From: a virus
Length of the DNA stretch: 64,000 nucleotides
Reading direction: 5' to 3' (one strand)
IMG/VR virus record: IMGVR_UViG_3300044646_003076
In this document: piece after piece, positions 9,505 to 18,943 of the stretch
Numbering within the stretch: position 1 is the stretch's first letter
Layout of the letters: the number at the start of each line of letters is the position of its first letter
Program-made: the position numbers and the translations under genes
Notes under the pieces: generated by a model
What the model saw: only the letters and a program-made list of their open reading frames with translations
Told to the model about the DNA's origin: nothing
The model's database searches: none

Positions 9505-9540
9505 GGTCTTCTAAATAGGCGACCGTGAGGAAAATATTGA

Positions 9541-10059
9541 ATGATAACAACCAGTGTAATGAAAAAGAAAAAGAGATCGGTTCATTATGTTTCAAATCAA
9601 GAACTATCCGATGCATTAGTAGCTTACATCAAACTTTGTAGAGAAGCGAAAGAAAAAGGAGAACCAAGACCAAGAGTACCAGAATTTTTAGGTAAATGTT
9701 TTCTTAATATCGTAACAAGATATTCTTATCTTCCTCAGTTTGTTAATTATCCTTTTCTGAATGATATGATTTCAGATGCAATAGAAAACTGCTGTAAGTA
9801 TTGTCATAATTATAATCCCGATTATGTGAGTCCAAAAACAGGTAAGAAAATTAATGCCTTCAATTATATTACTCAATATGCCTACTTCGCTTTCATTCGT
9901 AGAATTAAACTAGAGAAGAAAGAAATGGAGAAAACGAGTAGAATGCTTGAACAACTTGATTTCAATAATGTAATGGTTGACGAAGGAGAAGGTATTGATA
10001 ATTACAGTGATTATAATTCAATTAAAGACAACGTATTTTTACGACTGAGACAAGGATGA
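9541..10059 (+). CDS. gp55: Late-transcription sigma factor
   Basis: HYVSNQEL, FLGKCFLNI, FVNYPFLNDMISDAIENC, NAFNYITQYAYFAFIRRIKLEKK. Confidence 0.96.
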   Translation: MITTSVMKKKKRSVHYVSNQELSDALVAYIKLCREAKEKGEPRPRVPEFLGKCFLNIVTRYSYLPQFVNYPFLNDMISDAIENCCKYCHNYNPDYVSPKTGKKINAFNYITQYAYFAFIRRIKLEKKEMEKTSRMLEQLDFNNVMVDEGEGIDNYSDYNSIKDNVFLRLRQG

Positions 10060-11096
10060 GTAAAATAGCCATTATTACAGATCAACATTTTCAGGCAAGG
10101 AAAACCTCTAAACAATTTCACGATTATTTTCTAGAATTTTATAATAATATTTTCTTTCCTTATCTAGAGAAACATAATATCAAAACCGTTATTGATCTCG
10201 GTGACACTTTTGATAATCGCAACTTTCTTGATCCCGCTGCGATTGATTGGGCAAAAAGAAATTATTACGATCGGTTATATACCTTAGGAATTGATCATCA
10301 CGTTGTTGTAGGTAATCACACTTCCAAACTTAAAAATACCAATAAGATTAGTTCGGTTGATCTTATTCTTAGAGAGTATAGCAATATCACAATCTATAAG
10401 AATCCAACCGATACGAAAATTCAAGATCTAGATATTCTTTTTATTCCTTGGATCAATAAAGAAAACGAAGAAGAAACTCTGAATAAGATTCGTAACACCT
10501 CAGCAAAGATCGCAATGGGTCATCTGGAATTGAATGGTTTCAGTCCTTATGTTGGTCATGTTATGGAAGATGGAAGAGAATCCGATGTCTTCAAGAAGTT
10601 TCAAAAGGTTTTCTCTGGTCACTATCATACACGCTCCGATAACGGCAAGATCTATTACATCGGTAATCCTTACGAGCTGTATTTTAACGATGTGGATGAC
10701 AGACGTGGTTTTGTCATTTTTGACGCTGAAACCCTAGACCACGACTACGTTGATAATCCGTTTCGGATGCATTACCAACTCTATTACGATGGCGGTTGTG
10801 ACTTCACATTGACCGACGAGCTGAGCAATAAGATCATCAAGGTGATTGTTAAAAAAATTGATGACTTTAAGCACTTTGAAGAGTTTATTGCCGAGTTGAA
10901 TAAATTACAACCTGCAGAGCTTAAAATCATTCAGGCTATTCAGGCAGTTGATGTTGAAGAGTTTGAGACCACAGATTCAGAGGATACTCTTTCAGTTCTT
11001 CATCGCTATATTGATGAGTTTGAAAATAATTACGATAAGAGTCGGATTAAGAGTATCATCAATAATCTTTATCAAGAAGTTCATCAATTAGTCTGA
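10056..11096 (+). CDS. gp47: Recombination endonuclease subunit (Mre11/SbcD-like)
   Basis: Phosphoesterase motifs ITDQHF, LGDTFD, VGNH, MGHLE, SGHYH. Confidence 0.96.
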   Translation: MSKIAIITDQHFQARKTSKQFHDYFLEFYNNIFFPYLEKHNIKTVIDLGDTFDNRNFLDPAAIDWAKRNYYDRLYTLGIDHHVVVGNHTSKLKNTNKISSVDLILREYSNITIYKNPTDTKIQDLDILFIPWINKENEEETLNKIRNTSAKIAMGHLELNGFSPYVGHVMEDGRESDVFKKFQKVFSGHYHTRSDNGKIYYIGNPYELYFNDVDDRRGFVIFDAETLDHDYVDNPFRMHYQLYYDGGCDFTLTDELSNKIIKVIVKKIDDFKHFEEFIAELNKLQPAELKIIQAIQAVDVEEFETTDSEDTLSVLHRYIDEFENNYDKSRIKSIINNLYQEVHQLV

Positions 11097-11359
11097 TGTT
11101 TTTAATCACATTAAAAGATAAGAAAAAGAATGGTGCTTTTTCAATAATTAACGAAGAGAATGAAAAGATTCTATTGTTCTTTGAGATGTTTGATGATGCA
11201 GAACGTTATAGAATTTTATTAGAAGAACAAGATCTTCCTGAAATGGAGATTCTTGAATATGATGATAAGGTCCTAATAGAAACTACCGAAGCTATCGGAT
11301 ATAATTATACTATTATTGGTCCTTATGATCTAGTTGTTCCACCGAAAATGTACGATTGA
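11096..11359 (+). CDS. DUF3110-like conserved hypothetical protein
   Basis: ILLFFEMFDDAERYRILLEEQD. Usual position between gp47 and gp46 in cyanomyoviruses. Confidence 0.65.
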   Translation: MFLITLKDKKKNGAFSIINEENEKILLFFEMFDDAERYRILLEEQDLPEMEILEYDDKVLIETTEAIGYNYTIIGPYDLVVPPKMYD

Positions 11360-11362
11360 ATT

Positions 11363-12535
11363 ATGAAAATTAATTTACTAAATGGTGATTCTTTATTAAT
11401 ACTTAAAGAATTTGATGATAATAGTATTGATTCCATTGTTTGCGATCCTCCATATGGATTGAGTTTTATGGGAAAAAAATGGGATTATGATGTTCCTTGT
11501 GTGGAGTTATGGGCAGAATGTCTACGAGTGTTGAAACCGGGTGGACATCTTTTGGCATTTGCTGGCACACGGACACAGCATAGAATGGCATGTAGAATTG
11601 AAGATGCTGGCTTTGAGATCCGGGATATGATTGCCTGGGTCTACGGGTCGGGGTTCCCGAAGTCGCTGGATGTGAGCAAGGCGATTGATAAAGCTGCGGG
11701 CGCGGAGCGGGAGGTGGTGGGGCAACAGCATCGCCCCGAAGGAAGGCAGTTTGCGGAGGGTGCCAGCGGCTTCGCGCGTGGGGCCGTTGACATCACCGCC
11801 CCCGCCACCCCCGAAGCCCAGCAGTGGTCCGGCTGGGGCACAGCTCTAAAACCAGCACTTGAACCAATTACTATGGCTCGTAAACCATTAGAAGGAACTG
11901 TTGCTTCTAATGTGCTGGAGCACGGCACCGGGGCGCTGAATGTGGATGGGTGCAGAGTGGCACATAATGAGGATTGTCGGATCATGGCTCCAAGTCAATC
12001 CAACATTGACAATCCAAGTGAAAAACTTCGGCAGGGTGGTAGAAGAGAAGAAACCCTGGAACTGAAACCCTCCGGCCGCTGGCCCGCCAACCTGATCACG
12101 GATGGCAGTGACGAGGTGGTGGGGTTATTTCCAGATAGGAAAACAACATGGGTTTCCCCCAAACATAAAAATAATCGTAGTGGTGAATTTCTTGGAGAAT
12201 TAAAACATCCTGGAGCACAGGGTTTCAATGACTCAGGTTCGGCTGCCCGTTTCTTTTATTGTGCTAAAACAAGCAAGAAAGAACGTGGTAACGGAAATAA
12301 CCATCCAACAGTTAAACCTATTGCGCTCATGCGCTATCTTTGTCGTCTAGTCACACCTCCTGGTGGCACAGTTCTTGATCCATTTATGGGCAGCGGTTCT
12401 ACAGGAATCGCGGCACTTCAAGAAAATTTTAATTTTATTGGTATAGAGTTGGATGAAAATTATTATAATATAGCAAAAGATCGCATAGACGTAGTTAAAA
12501 ATAAACCAACATTAGATGTATTATTTGACCTATGA
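11363..12535 (+). CDS. DNA amino-methyltransferase (N6-adenine/N4-cytosine, beta class)
   Basis: N-terminal DPPY, HPTVKP, and C-terminal VLDPFMGSGSTG. Confidence 0.93.
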   Translation: MKINLLNGDSLLILKEFDDNSIDSIVCDPPYGLSFMGKKWDYDVPCVELWAECLRVLKPGGHLLAFAGTRTQHRMACRIEDAGFEIRDMIAWVYGSGFPKSLDVSKAIDKAAGAEREVVGQQHRPEGRQFAEGASGFARGAVDITAPATPEAQQWSGWGTALKPALEPITMARKPLEGTVASNVLEHGTGALNVDGCRVAHNEDCRIMAPSQSNIDNPSEKLRQGGRREETLELKPSGRWPANLITDGSDEVVGLFPDRKTTWVSPKHKNNRSGEFLGELKHPGAQGFNDSGSAARFFYCAKTSKKERGNGNNHPTVKPIALMRYLCRLVTPPGGTVLDPFMGSGSTGIAALQENFNFIGIELDENYYNIAKDRIDVVKNKPTLDVLFDL

Positions 12536-14247
12536 TAATTTTTAAGAAAGTTAGAGCAAAGAATTTCTTATCGGTTGGTAATCAATTTTTAGATTATGAC
12601 CTGAATAATGAGCATTTGACTTGTATCCGTGGTGGAAATGGACAGGGCAAAAGTTTGATGATCGATTTTATTACTTTTTCTCTCTATAAAAAAGCTTACC
12701 GAAACATCAATCTTCCACAACTTGTCAATAACATCAACCAAAAAGACTGTGTTGCTGAAATAGAATTCTCTATTGGCGATACTGAATGGATGGTAAGACG
12801 CGGACTGTCACCGAATATCTTTGAAATTTATAAAAATGGTGAAATTTTAGATCAACATTCTTCTGTTATTGAACAACAGAAGTGGTTAGAGCAAAATGTT
12901 CTTAAGATGTCCTATAAGACTTTTATTCAGATTGTCATTCTTGGTTCTAGTGCCTTTATTCCTTTTATGCAGCTCGTTCCGGCTGATAGAAGAGATGTTA
13001 TTGAAGATCTTTTGGATATTAAGCTTTTCTCTTCTATGAATATTTTGGTCAAAGAGAAGATCAAAGAGTTTAAGGATAATGTTAAGATTCTATCAATCAA
13101 GAAAGATTCTTATGAAGACAAAGTTTCAATGCAACGGAATTTTATTGATGAGATTGAAAAACGAAGTAGAGACGACATACAAGAAAAAACCGATACCATC
13201 ACAGAACTTTTTTCTTCTATTGAATCATTACAATCCAAGAATGATGAGATCAATTTAGATATTCAAAAACTCAATGAAACTCTTGATGATCTTGTGGGTG
13301 TATCTGATAACCTAAAAACACTTCTAGCTAATAAGACAAAGCTTACAGTGGAAGCCAAGAATCTCAAAGAAACCACAAACTTCTTTGTTAATAACGATGT
13401 ATGTCCAACATGTTCACAGCATATTGATGATGAGTTTAAGAAATCAAAACAGAAAGATATTAAGAAACAGATGAGTTCTTTGAAGAAAACTTATGATTCT
13501 TTAATTCTTACGATTGATGAAGAAACTCAAAGACAAGAACAATTCAAAAAGACTTCTGAAGAAACAAATACCTTAAATCAAAAGATTTCTTATAATAACT
13601 ATCAGATCTCACAAGCTCAAAATAGAATTAAAGAACTACACGTTCAGATCAAACGTCTAACCGATGCGATCAATAATAAAAACGATGAACATCAAAAACT
13701 AGAAGAATATAACCAAACTCTAGACAATATTAAAACTGATATCGCAGAGCTAAAAGAAGAGATTCATCATTACGATTATGTTCAGCTCATATTGAAAGAT
13801 TCTGGTGTTAAATCAAGAATCATCGAAAAATACCTAAAGATTATTAATCAACAGATTAATAAGTATCTGAATCTTTTGGAGCTTTATGTTAATTTCAATC
13901 TTGATTCGGAGTTTAACGAAAAAATCACAACTCCAACCTTTGAAAGTTTTTCGTATGGTAACTTCTCTGAAGGCCAGAAGCGACGTGTAGATCTTGCACT
14001 TCTCTTTACATGGAGATATATCAGTACATTGAAGAACTCAGCTAATACAAATTTATTGATTTGTGATGAGATTCTTGATGGATCTTTAGATGAAATGGGT
14101 CACTTTGCTTTTCTTAAGATCATTAAAGAAGAGATGAAGAACTCTAATATCTTTGTTATTTCACATAGAGATGGAATTGAACATCGTTTTGATAAAGTTA
14201 TCACCATAGAAAAAAGAGGTAATTTTACGGTAAAATCAGAATCATAA
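12532..14247 (+). CDS. gp46: Recombination ATPase subunit (Rad50/SbcC-like)
   Basis: GGNGQGKS, CPTC zinc hook, FSEGQK signature, ICDEILD Walker B. Confidence 0.96.
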   Translation: MIIFKKVRAKNFLSVGNQFLDYDLNNEHLTCIRGGNGQGKSLMIDFITFSLYKKAYRNINLPQLVNNINQKDCVAEIEFSIGDTEWMVRRGLSPNIFEIYKNGEILDQHSSVIEQQKWLEQNVLKMSYKTFIQIVILGSSAFIPFMQLVPADRRDVIEDLLDIKLFSSMNILVKEKIKEFKDNVKILSIKKDSYEDKVSMQRNFIDEIEKRSRDDIQEKTDTITELFSSIESLQSKNDEINLDIQKLNETLDDLVGVSDNLKTLLANKTKLTVEAKNLKETTNFFVNNDVCPTCSQHIDDEFKKSKQKDIKKQMSSLKKTYDSLILTIDEETQRQEQFKKTSEETNTLNQKISYNNYQISQAQNRIKELHVQIKRLTDAINNKNDEHQKLEEYNQTLDNIKTDIAELKEEIHHYDYVQLILKDSGVKSRIIEKYLKIINQQINKYLNLLELYVNFNLDSEFNEKITTPTFESFSYGNFSEGQKRRVDLALLFTWRYISTLKNSANTNLLICDEILDGSLDEMGHFAFLKIIKEEMKNSNIFVISHRDGIEHRFDKVITIEKRGNFTVKSES

Positions 14248-14253
14248 TAAATA
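14247..14253 (+). promoter_or_regulatory. T4-like late promoter
   Basis: ATAAATA upstream of the 14285 gene. Confidence 0.65.
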
Positions 14254-14284
14254 GTTCAAATAAACACTAAATTGTAAAATAACC

Positions 14285-15004
14285 ATGTCTCAATCTCATT
14301 CTTTGTTTGAAGCATATCAGGCCGTTTACACACCTCAAGAGCAAGATGATTATCAACTTGTTTTAGATTATCTTGTTTCTGAGGGATATGTTGATGACGC
14401 GGATGAAGCCGAACTCGTTATTGAACAACTAGAAGACGATGTTATTGATGGTATTCTGGATGAAGTTAAGGGTTGTGGTGGTAAAGTGAATCCCGATAAC
14501 GGAGATTATGAAAATGGTTCTGGTTCTTCTAGGATGATGATGTCTCCTAGAAAGAAAGCTCTCGCTATGGCTAGACGCAAAGAAAATGAGGCAACTACAC
14601 CTCAACATCAGCGTCAAGCCGCTAAGATGCGCAGAGTTGCTAGTAATATGAAGGAAGAATTAGACGAGGCGAACAGAGCAGAAAGAGAATTTAAATTAAA
14701 CGATTCCGAAAAATTAGCAGCTAGAAATACTTCTTCTGCATATTTTAGGGTCTCACCTAAGGATCCCACTTCCCCCAATAGAATTAGAGCAAAGGGCTCG
14801 CTACATGCTGCGGATCAAGAGAAAAGACAAAAAACACACAAAGAAAAAAGAGGCATTAGAGAAGAATTAGACACCTACGATCTGGTTCTAGATTATCTTC
14901 TCTCTGAAGGTTTTGCTGATAATGAAGAAGCCGCTCTTCAGATTATGTCCAATATGAGCGAAGAGTGGATGGAAGAAGCTGTATCTCATTATGTGAATTC
15001 TTGA
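14285..15004 (+). CDS. Hypothetical protein with duplicated acidic module flanking a basic core (putative internal virion protein)
   Basis: YQLVLDYLVSEGYVDDADEAELVIEQL and YDLVLDYLLSEGFADNEEAALQIMSNM. N-terminal LFEAY. Late promoter upstream. Confidence 0.7.
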   Translation: MSQSHSLFEAYQAVYTPQEQDDYQLVLDYLVSEGYVDDADEAELVIEQLEDDVIDGILDEVKGCGGKVNPDNGDYENGSGSSRMMMSPRKKALAMARRKENEATTPQHQRQAAKMRRVASNMKEELDEANRAEREFKLNDSEKLAARNTSSAYFRVSPKDPTSPNRIRAKGSLHAADQEKRQKTHKEKRGIREELDTYDLVLDYLLSEGFADNEEAALQIMSNMSEEWMEEAVSHYVNS

Positions 15005-15027
15005 AGTCAATATAAAATAAAAAGCAC

Positions 15028-15056
15028 TTGACAAATCGGAGATCTCGTGCTATAGT
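15028..15056 (+). promoter_or_regulatory. Sigma70-type promoter for the clamp/clamp-loader operon
   Basis: TTGACA-N17-TATAGT with TG. Followed by the TGCCTAG...CTAGGCA inverted repeat (15056-15088). Confidence 0.85.
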
Positions 15057-15110
15057 GCCTAGGCGCCTTGAAAATGGGCATCTAGGCAATTTTTATGGAG
15101 TTTTATTATA

Positions 15111-15407
15111 ATGAGTGAAAATCATTTTTGGAGATACAATGAAGATAAGATTATTCGTCAGTTAGAAGAATATCTTAAAGGAACGTATAATCAACACTAT
15201 GTTGATAGAGTTAATGGTGGACAAGAACAAACGCTTGATAAAATCAAATATAACCGAAGAGAAGGTTTTTGTGCCGGGAATGTAACAAAGTATATTGATC
15301 GTTACGACGCAAAAGGAACACCGAGAGCTGATCTCTTTAAAGTTTTGCATTATACGATGTTATTGATCAATCATCTAAATCTTATTGAAAATAATGGACA
15401 AAGTTAA
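15111..15407 (+). CDS. DUF3310-like conserved hypothetical protein
   Basis: YNQHY...GFCAGNVTKYIDRY..KG...DLFKVLHY. Usual gene upstream of gp45. Confidence 0.75.
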   Translation: MSENHFWRYNEDKIIRQLEEYLKGTYNQHYVDRVNGGQEQTLDKIKYNRREGFCAGNVTKYIDRYDAKGTPRADLFKVLHYTMLLINHLNLIENNGQS

Positions 15408-15858
15408 ATTAGCTAGAGATCCAAACACAACACCAGAAATCTTAGAACAATTAGCGACTGATGAGGATTATTGGGTTCGTTATCGTGTAGCATATAATCC
15501 AAACATACCAAAAAAAGTTCTAGAACAACTAGCGACCGAAAAGGATTCTAGTGTTCGTGAATGTGTAGCACTAAATCCAAACACAACACAAAAAGTTCTA
15601 GAACAACTGGCGACCGATGAGAATTATCTTGTTCGTGAATGTGTAGCATATAATCCAAACACACCACCAAAAGCACTAGAGCAATTAGCGACCGATGAGT
15701 ATTGGGATGTTCGTTATCGGGTGACACAAAATCCAAACACTCCGATTCATATATTGAAGATTCTCAGTAAAGATAGTGATCGTGAAACTAGAAATAGTGC
15801 ATTGAAAAACTTAAAACCCAAACAATTAGAACTTGATTTATCATTTAAATCTTATTAA
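15394..15858 (+). CDS. LRV/HEAT-like repeat protein (4 repeats plus a degenerate one), locus B
   Basis: 26-aa repeat consensus. ATG at 15394. Confidence 0.87.
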   Translation: MDKVKLARDPNTTPEILEQLATDEDYWVRYRVAYNPNIPKKVLEQLATEKDSSVRECVALNPNTTQKVLEQLATDENYLVRECVAYNPNTPPKALEQLATDEYWDVRYRVTQNPNTPIHILKILSKDSDRETRNSALKNLKPKQLELDLSFKSY

Positions 15859-15863
15859 GAATT

Positions 15864-16256
15864 ATGAACAAATTTGAACAAGCAAAAAATCCAAACACAC
15901 CACCAAATGTACTAAAAATTCTAGCGACCGATAAGAATTATTGGGTTCGTTGTTGTGTAGCACATAATCCAAATACTTCAACAAAAACACTTGAACAACT
16001 AGCGACCGATGAGGATTCTTATGTTCGTTGGAGTGTGGCACAAAATCCAAACACTCCAATAAAAACTCTGGAACTACTAGCAACCGATGATAAATGGTAT
16101 GTTCGTCGTGGTGTAGCACTAAACCGAAACACACCACCAGAAATTCTTGAACAACTAGCAACCGATGAAGAATGGGATGTTCGTTATGGAGTATCAATAA
16201 ATCCAAACACTCCGATTCATATATTGAAGAGTCTCACTCAAACAATTAGAACTTGA
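15864..16256 (+). CDS. LRV/HEAT-like repeat protein (4 repeats), locus B
   Basis: MNKFEQAK N-cap and 26-aa repeats. Confidence 0.87.
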   Translation: MNKFEQAKNPNTPPNVLKILATDKNYWVRCCVAHNPNTSTKTLEQLATDEDSYVRWSVAQNPNTPIKTLELLATDDKWYVRRGVALNRNTPPEILEQLATDEEWDVRYGVSINPNTPIHILKSLTQTIRT

Positions 16257-16265
16257 TCTATCATT

Positions 16266-16949
16266 ATGAAATTATCAAAAAACACACTTGACATTTTGAA
16301 CAGTTATAGAGAAATCAATAACTCTATTGTCATCTATCCCGGAAATAAAATTAGAGTAAAAAGCGAAGATAAAAGAATCTTCGCCGAGGCGATTGTAGAA
16401 GAAACTTTTGATCGTGAATTCGGAATTTATGATCTCAAAAATTTTCTAGCTGCCTATAATATTTTGGGAACACCGGAACTGATTTTCTCCAACGAAGATT
16501 ATGTTCGTCTCAAAGAAGGTAGATCTGAGATTAAATATTATTTCTCTTCCAGTGAATTTATCACTTCTATTCCACCGGATAAGGATGTTAGACTGAAATC
16601 CAGAGACGTTTGTATTCAGTTACCACAGTCACAATTCAATAAGATGGCAAAGATGTCAACTTTTGATAGTGATCGCACACACTGGATTGTTGAATTTCTT
16701 GGTGAAGAAGGTGAAATCTATCTGAGAGTCTATCATAAGGATGTTCCAACCTCAACTTCCTATAGTTGTGTTGTAGGAGAAACAGAAAATACATTCTCAC
16801 TCAAGACCTACTTAGATGTTTTTCGTCTCATGAACGGAGATTATGACATCGTTATCTCAAAATCACCATTCTTTCTTGAGGCAACAAACACCAGTAGAAA
16901 TCTCAGATACGTTCTGCCATTATCACCAGAATCAACATACGAGGATTGA
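16266..16949 (+). CDS. gp45: DNA polymerase sliding clamp
   Basis: MKLSKNTLDILNSYREINNSI...FGIYDLKNFL. Synteny 45-44-62-regA. Confidence 0.93.
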   Translation: MKLSKNTLDILNSYREINNSIVIYPGNKIRVKSEDKRIFAEAIVEETFDREFGIYDLKNFLAAYNILGTPELIFSNEDYVRLKEGRSEIKYYFSSSEFITSIPPDKDVRLKSRDVCIQLPQSQFNKMAKMSTFDSDRTHWIVEFLGEEGEIYLRVYHKDVPTSTSYSCVVGETENTFSLKTYLDVFRLMNGDYDIVISKSPFFLEATNTSRNLRYVLPLSPESTYED

Positions 16950-16952
16950 TAA

Positions 16953-17885
16953 ATGAGTTATCAATATCTTTGGGTTCAAAAGTACACTCCACTCACAATT
17001 GAAGAGTGTATTCTACCAGAAGGAATCAAAAAACAGTTTATTGATTTTCGCAATTCACAGCAAGTTCCAAATATGATTCTTGCTGGAGAAAGAGGAATCG
17101 GTAAAACCTCAACAATGATCGCTCTTGCTAAAGAGCTTGAACGCGATCTGATGATTATTAATGGCTCAGACGAAAGAACGATTGATATCATTCGTAATAA
17201 GGTAAAAAATTATGCATCTACCGTATCACTGAATCCGGGTAAGAAGATTCTTCTTATTGACGAAGGTGATAATATGACTAATGATGCACAGTTAGCACTT
17301 AGAGGTTGTATTGAAGAGTTTCAGCGAAATTGCACGTTTGTTTTCACTTGTAATAATCTTAGTGGAATTAAAGAACCTATTCAATCTAGATGTCCACCTA
17401 TTGTTTTTAAGATTCCTGCTAGTGAAAAAGCAAAATTGATGACGGAGTTCTACACTAGAATTCTTAAAATTCTTGAGCTAGAAAACGTTACCTGTGATGA
17501 CAATAAAATTCTTATCAAGTTCATCAATAAGCATTTTCCTGATTTTCGTAGAACTATTCATCTACTAGAGCAAAATTCAAAAAGTGGATCCATCGGAACC
17601 AATCTTTTAGCTCAAGTGTCTGAGATGAACACCACTACTCTTTTCCGACATCTTAAAGAATGTAAATTCTTAGATGTGCGTAAATGGGTTGTTGAGAATC
17701 TAGAAAACGATCCAAATACAATCTTTCGTAAAGTTTACGATGGTCTGGATGATGTTATGGATAAACAGTCAATTCCTGCTGCTATTTTGATTCTTTATGA
17801 TCATATGAATAGCAATGTAATGGATAACGAGATTAACATTCTTGCATGTTTTAGTAAGATTATGATGGAGTGTGAATGGCTGTAG
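16953..17885 (+). CDS. gp44: Clamp loader large subunit
   Basis: LWVQKYTP, GERGIGKT, LIDEGD, IQSRC. Confidence 0.95.
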   Translation: MSYQYLWVQKYTPLTIEECILPEGIKKQFIDFRNSQQVPNMILAGERGIGKTSTMIALAKELERDLMIINGSDERTIDIIRNKVKNYASTVSLNPGKKILLIDEGDNMTNDAQLALRGCIEEFQRNCTFVFTCNNLSGIKEPIQSRCPPIVFKIPASEKAKLMTEFYTRILKILELENVTCDDNKILIKFINKHFPDFRRTIHLLEQNSKSGSIGTNLLAQVSEMNTTTLFRHLKECKFLDVRKWVVENLENDPNTIFRKVYDGLDDVMDKQSIPAAILILYDHMNSNVMDNEINILACFSKIMMECEWL

Positions 17886-18250
17886 AACTTAAAGATTGGA
17901 TTAATTCAATAACTTTTTCCAAAGAAGATCTTTCTGATAACATTTCAGAATATCCTTTCTATATTGTCAATAAAATTTTGGGATCCGATAGAGGATGTGT
18001 GTTGCTTGTCAATGAATTGAACAAGAGATACACAATGCCAGCGGATATGCAATATAAGTTTTTATTGACAGCTATTCCGAGAAAGAAAAGATTCAATCCA
18101 TATCTCAAAAAAAGTAAAGACATGGACATTGAGGCTGTTAAAGAATACTTTAAAATTAGCACTGAAAAAGCAAAAGAATATCTTGAGGTACTTGATGTGG
18201 AGCAAGTACAATCAATTAAACGCCAACTGTTCAAAGGTGGCACTCCATAA
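17876..18250 (+). CDS. gp62: Clamp loader small subunit
   Basis: ELKDWINSI...YPFYIVNKIL...IPRKKRFNPYLKK. Confidence 0.92.
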   Translation: MAVELKDWINSITFSKEDLSDNISEYPFYIVNKILGSDRGCVLLVNELNKRYTMPADMQYKFLLTAIPRKKRFNPYLKKSKDMDIEAVKEYFKISTEKAKEYLEVLDVEQVQSIKRQLFKGGTP

Positions 18251-18252
18251 AT
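18246..18252 (+). promoter_or_regulatory. T4-like late promoter
   Basis: ATAAATA upstream of regA. Confidence 0.55.
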
Positions 18253-18289
18253 ACATTATGTTTGTTTTTAAATTTAGGATTTTTGAATT

Positions 18290-18769
18290 ATGAGTACACT
18301 TGATCGCAATTACATTCCATTTGGAGAAGTTGAACCGATTTATGTTTCTTTAAAAGAGCCAGATGATTTTCTAAAAATTCGGGAAACAATTTCTAGAGTC
18401 GGACTTCTCTCTAGACATCAAAACGTTCTTTATCAATCTTGTCATATTCTACACACTCGTAGAGGAACGTTATCTTCTTATCGCATCTGCCATTTTAAAG
18501 AGCTTTTTGGTTTAGATGGCAAGGAAACTACGATTACTCTTGAGGATATGCAGCGTAGATCAACTACAGCAAAACTTTTAGAGCAGTGGGGACTTTTAAC
18601 TATTGTTAATCCTGAAGTATTAGATAAGTATGGTTATTGTCCATTAAATAAGATTAAAGTTGTCAGCTATAAAGAAAAAGTTGATGGTACTTATCGCTTA
18701 GAAGCCAAATATACGATTGGTAATAAGGGCCAGAAACGAGAAGACACCGGTTCGGTATCTCCGACCTGA
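18290..18769 (+). CDS. regA: Translational repressor RegA
   Basis: LKEPDDFLKIRETISRVG, LYQSCHILH, HFKELFGLDGK. Confidence 0.96.
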   Translation: MSTLDRNYIPFGEVEPIYVSLKEPDDFLKIRETISRVGLLSRHQNVLYQSCHILHTRRGTLSSYRICHFKELFGLDGKETTITLEDMQRRSTTAKLLEQWGLLTIVNPEVLDKYGYCPLNKIKVVSYKEKVDGTYRLEAKYTIGNKGQKREDTGSVSPT

Positions 18770-18787
18770 TAACCACGATAGATAAAT

Positions 18788-18943
18788 ATGAAGACGTTTA
18801 AGCAGTTTTTAGAGATGGTGGATGATTTTAACGCTCCACCTAAAAAGCCCAAAGAGAAGTGCTATAAAACAATCAAATATACAATGGCTCCGGGTGGTAA
18901 AGCCTGCGCTAAACGCTCTTCATCAAGTGCCGCTGGTGATTAA
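18788..18943 (+). CDS. Small basic protein with a capsid-targeting-like N-terminus (51 aa, not in ORF track)
   Basis: MKTFKQFLEM...; GATAAATA late motif at 18781-18788. Confidence 0.65.
   Translation: MKTFKQFLEMVDDFNAPPKKPKEKCYKTIKYTMAPGGKACAKRSSSSAAGD

Noticed and set aside
11522-12228. Minus-strand ORFs inside the methyltransferase (11522-11731, 11641-11985, 11995-12228)
   Set aside because: They are explained by the low stop frequency in GC-rich tracts opposite a well-supported gene.
15056-15088. TGCCTAG...CTAGGCA inverted repeat as a separate ncRNA
   Set aside because: It is too short and overlaps the expected transcription start. A 5' leader hairpin or operator is more plausible, and there is no evidence for an independent RNA.
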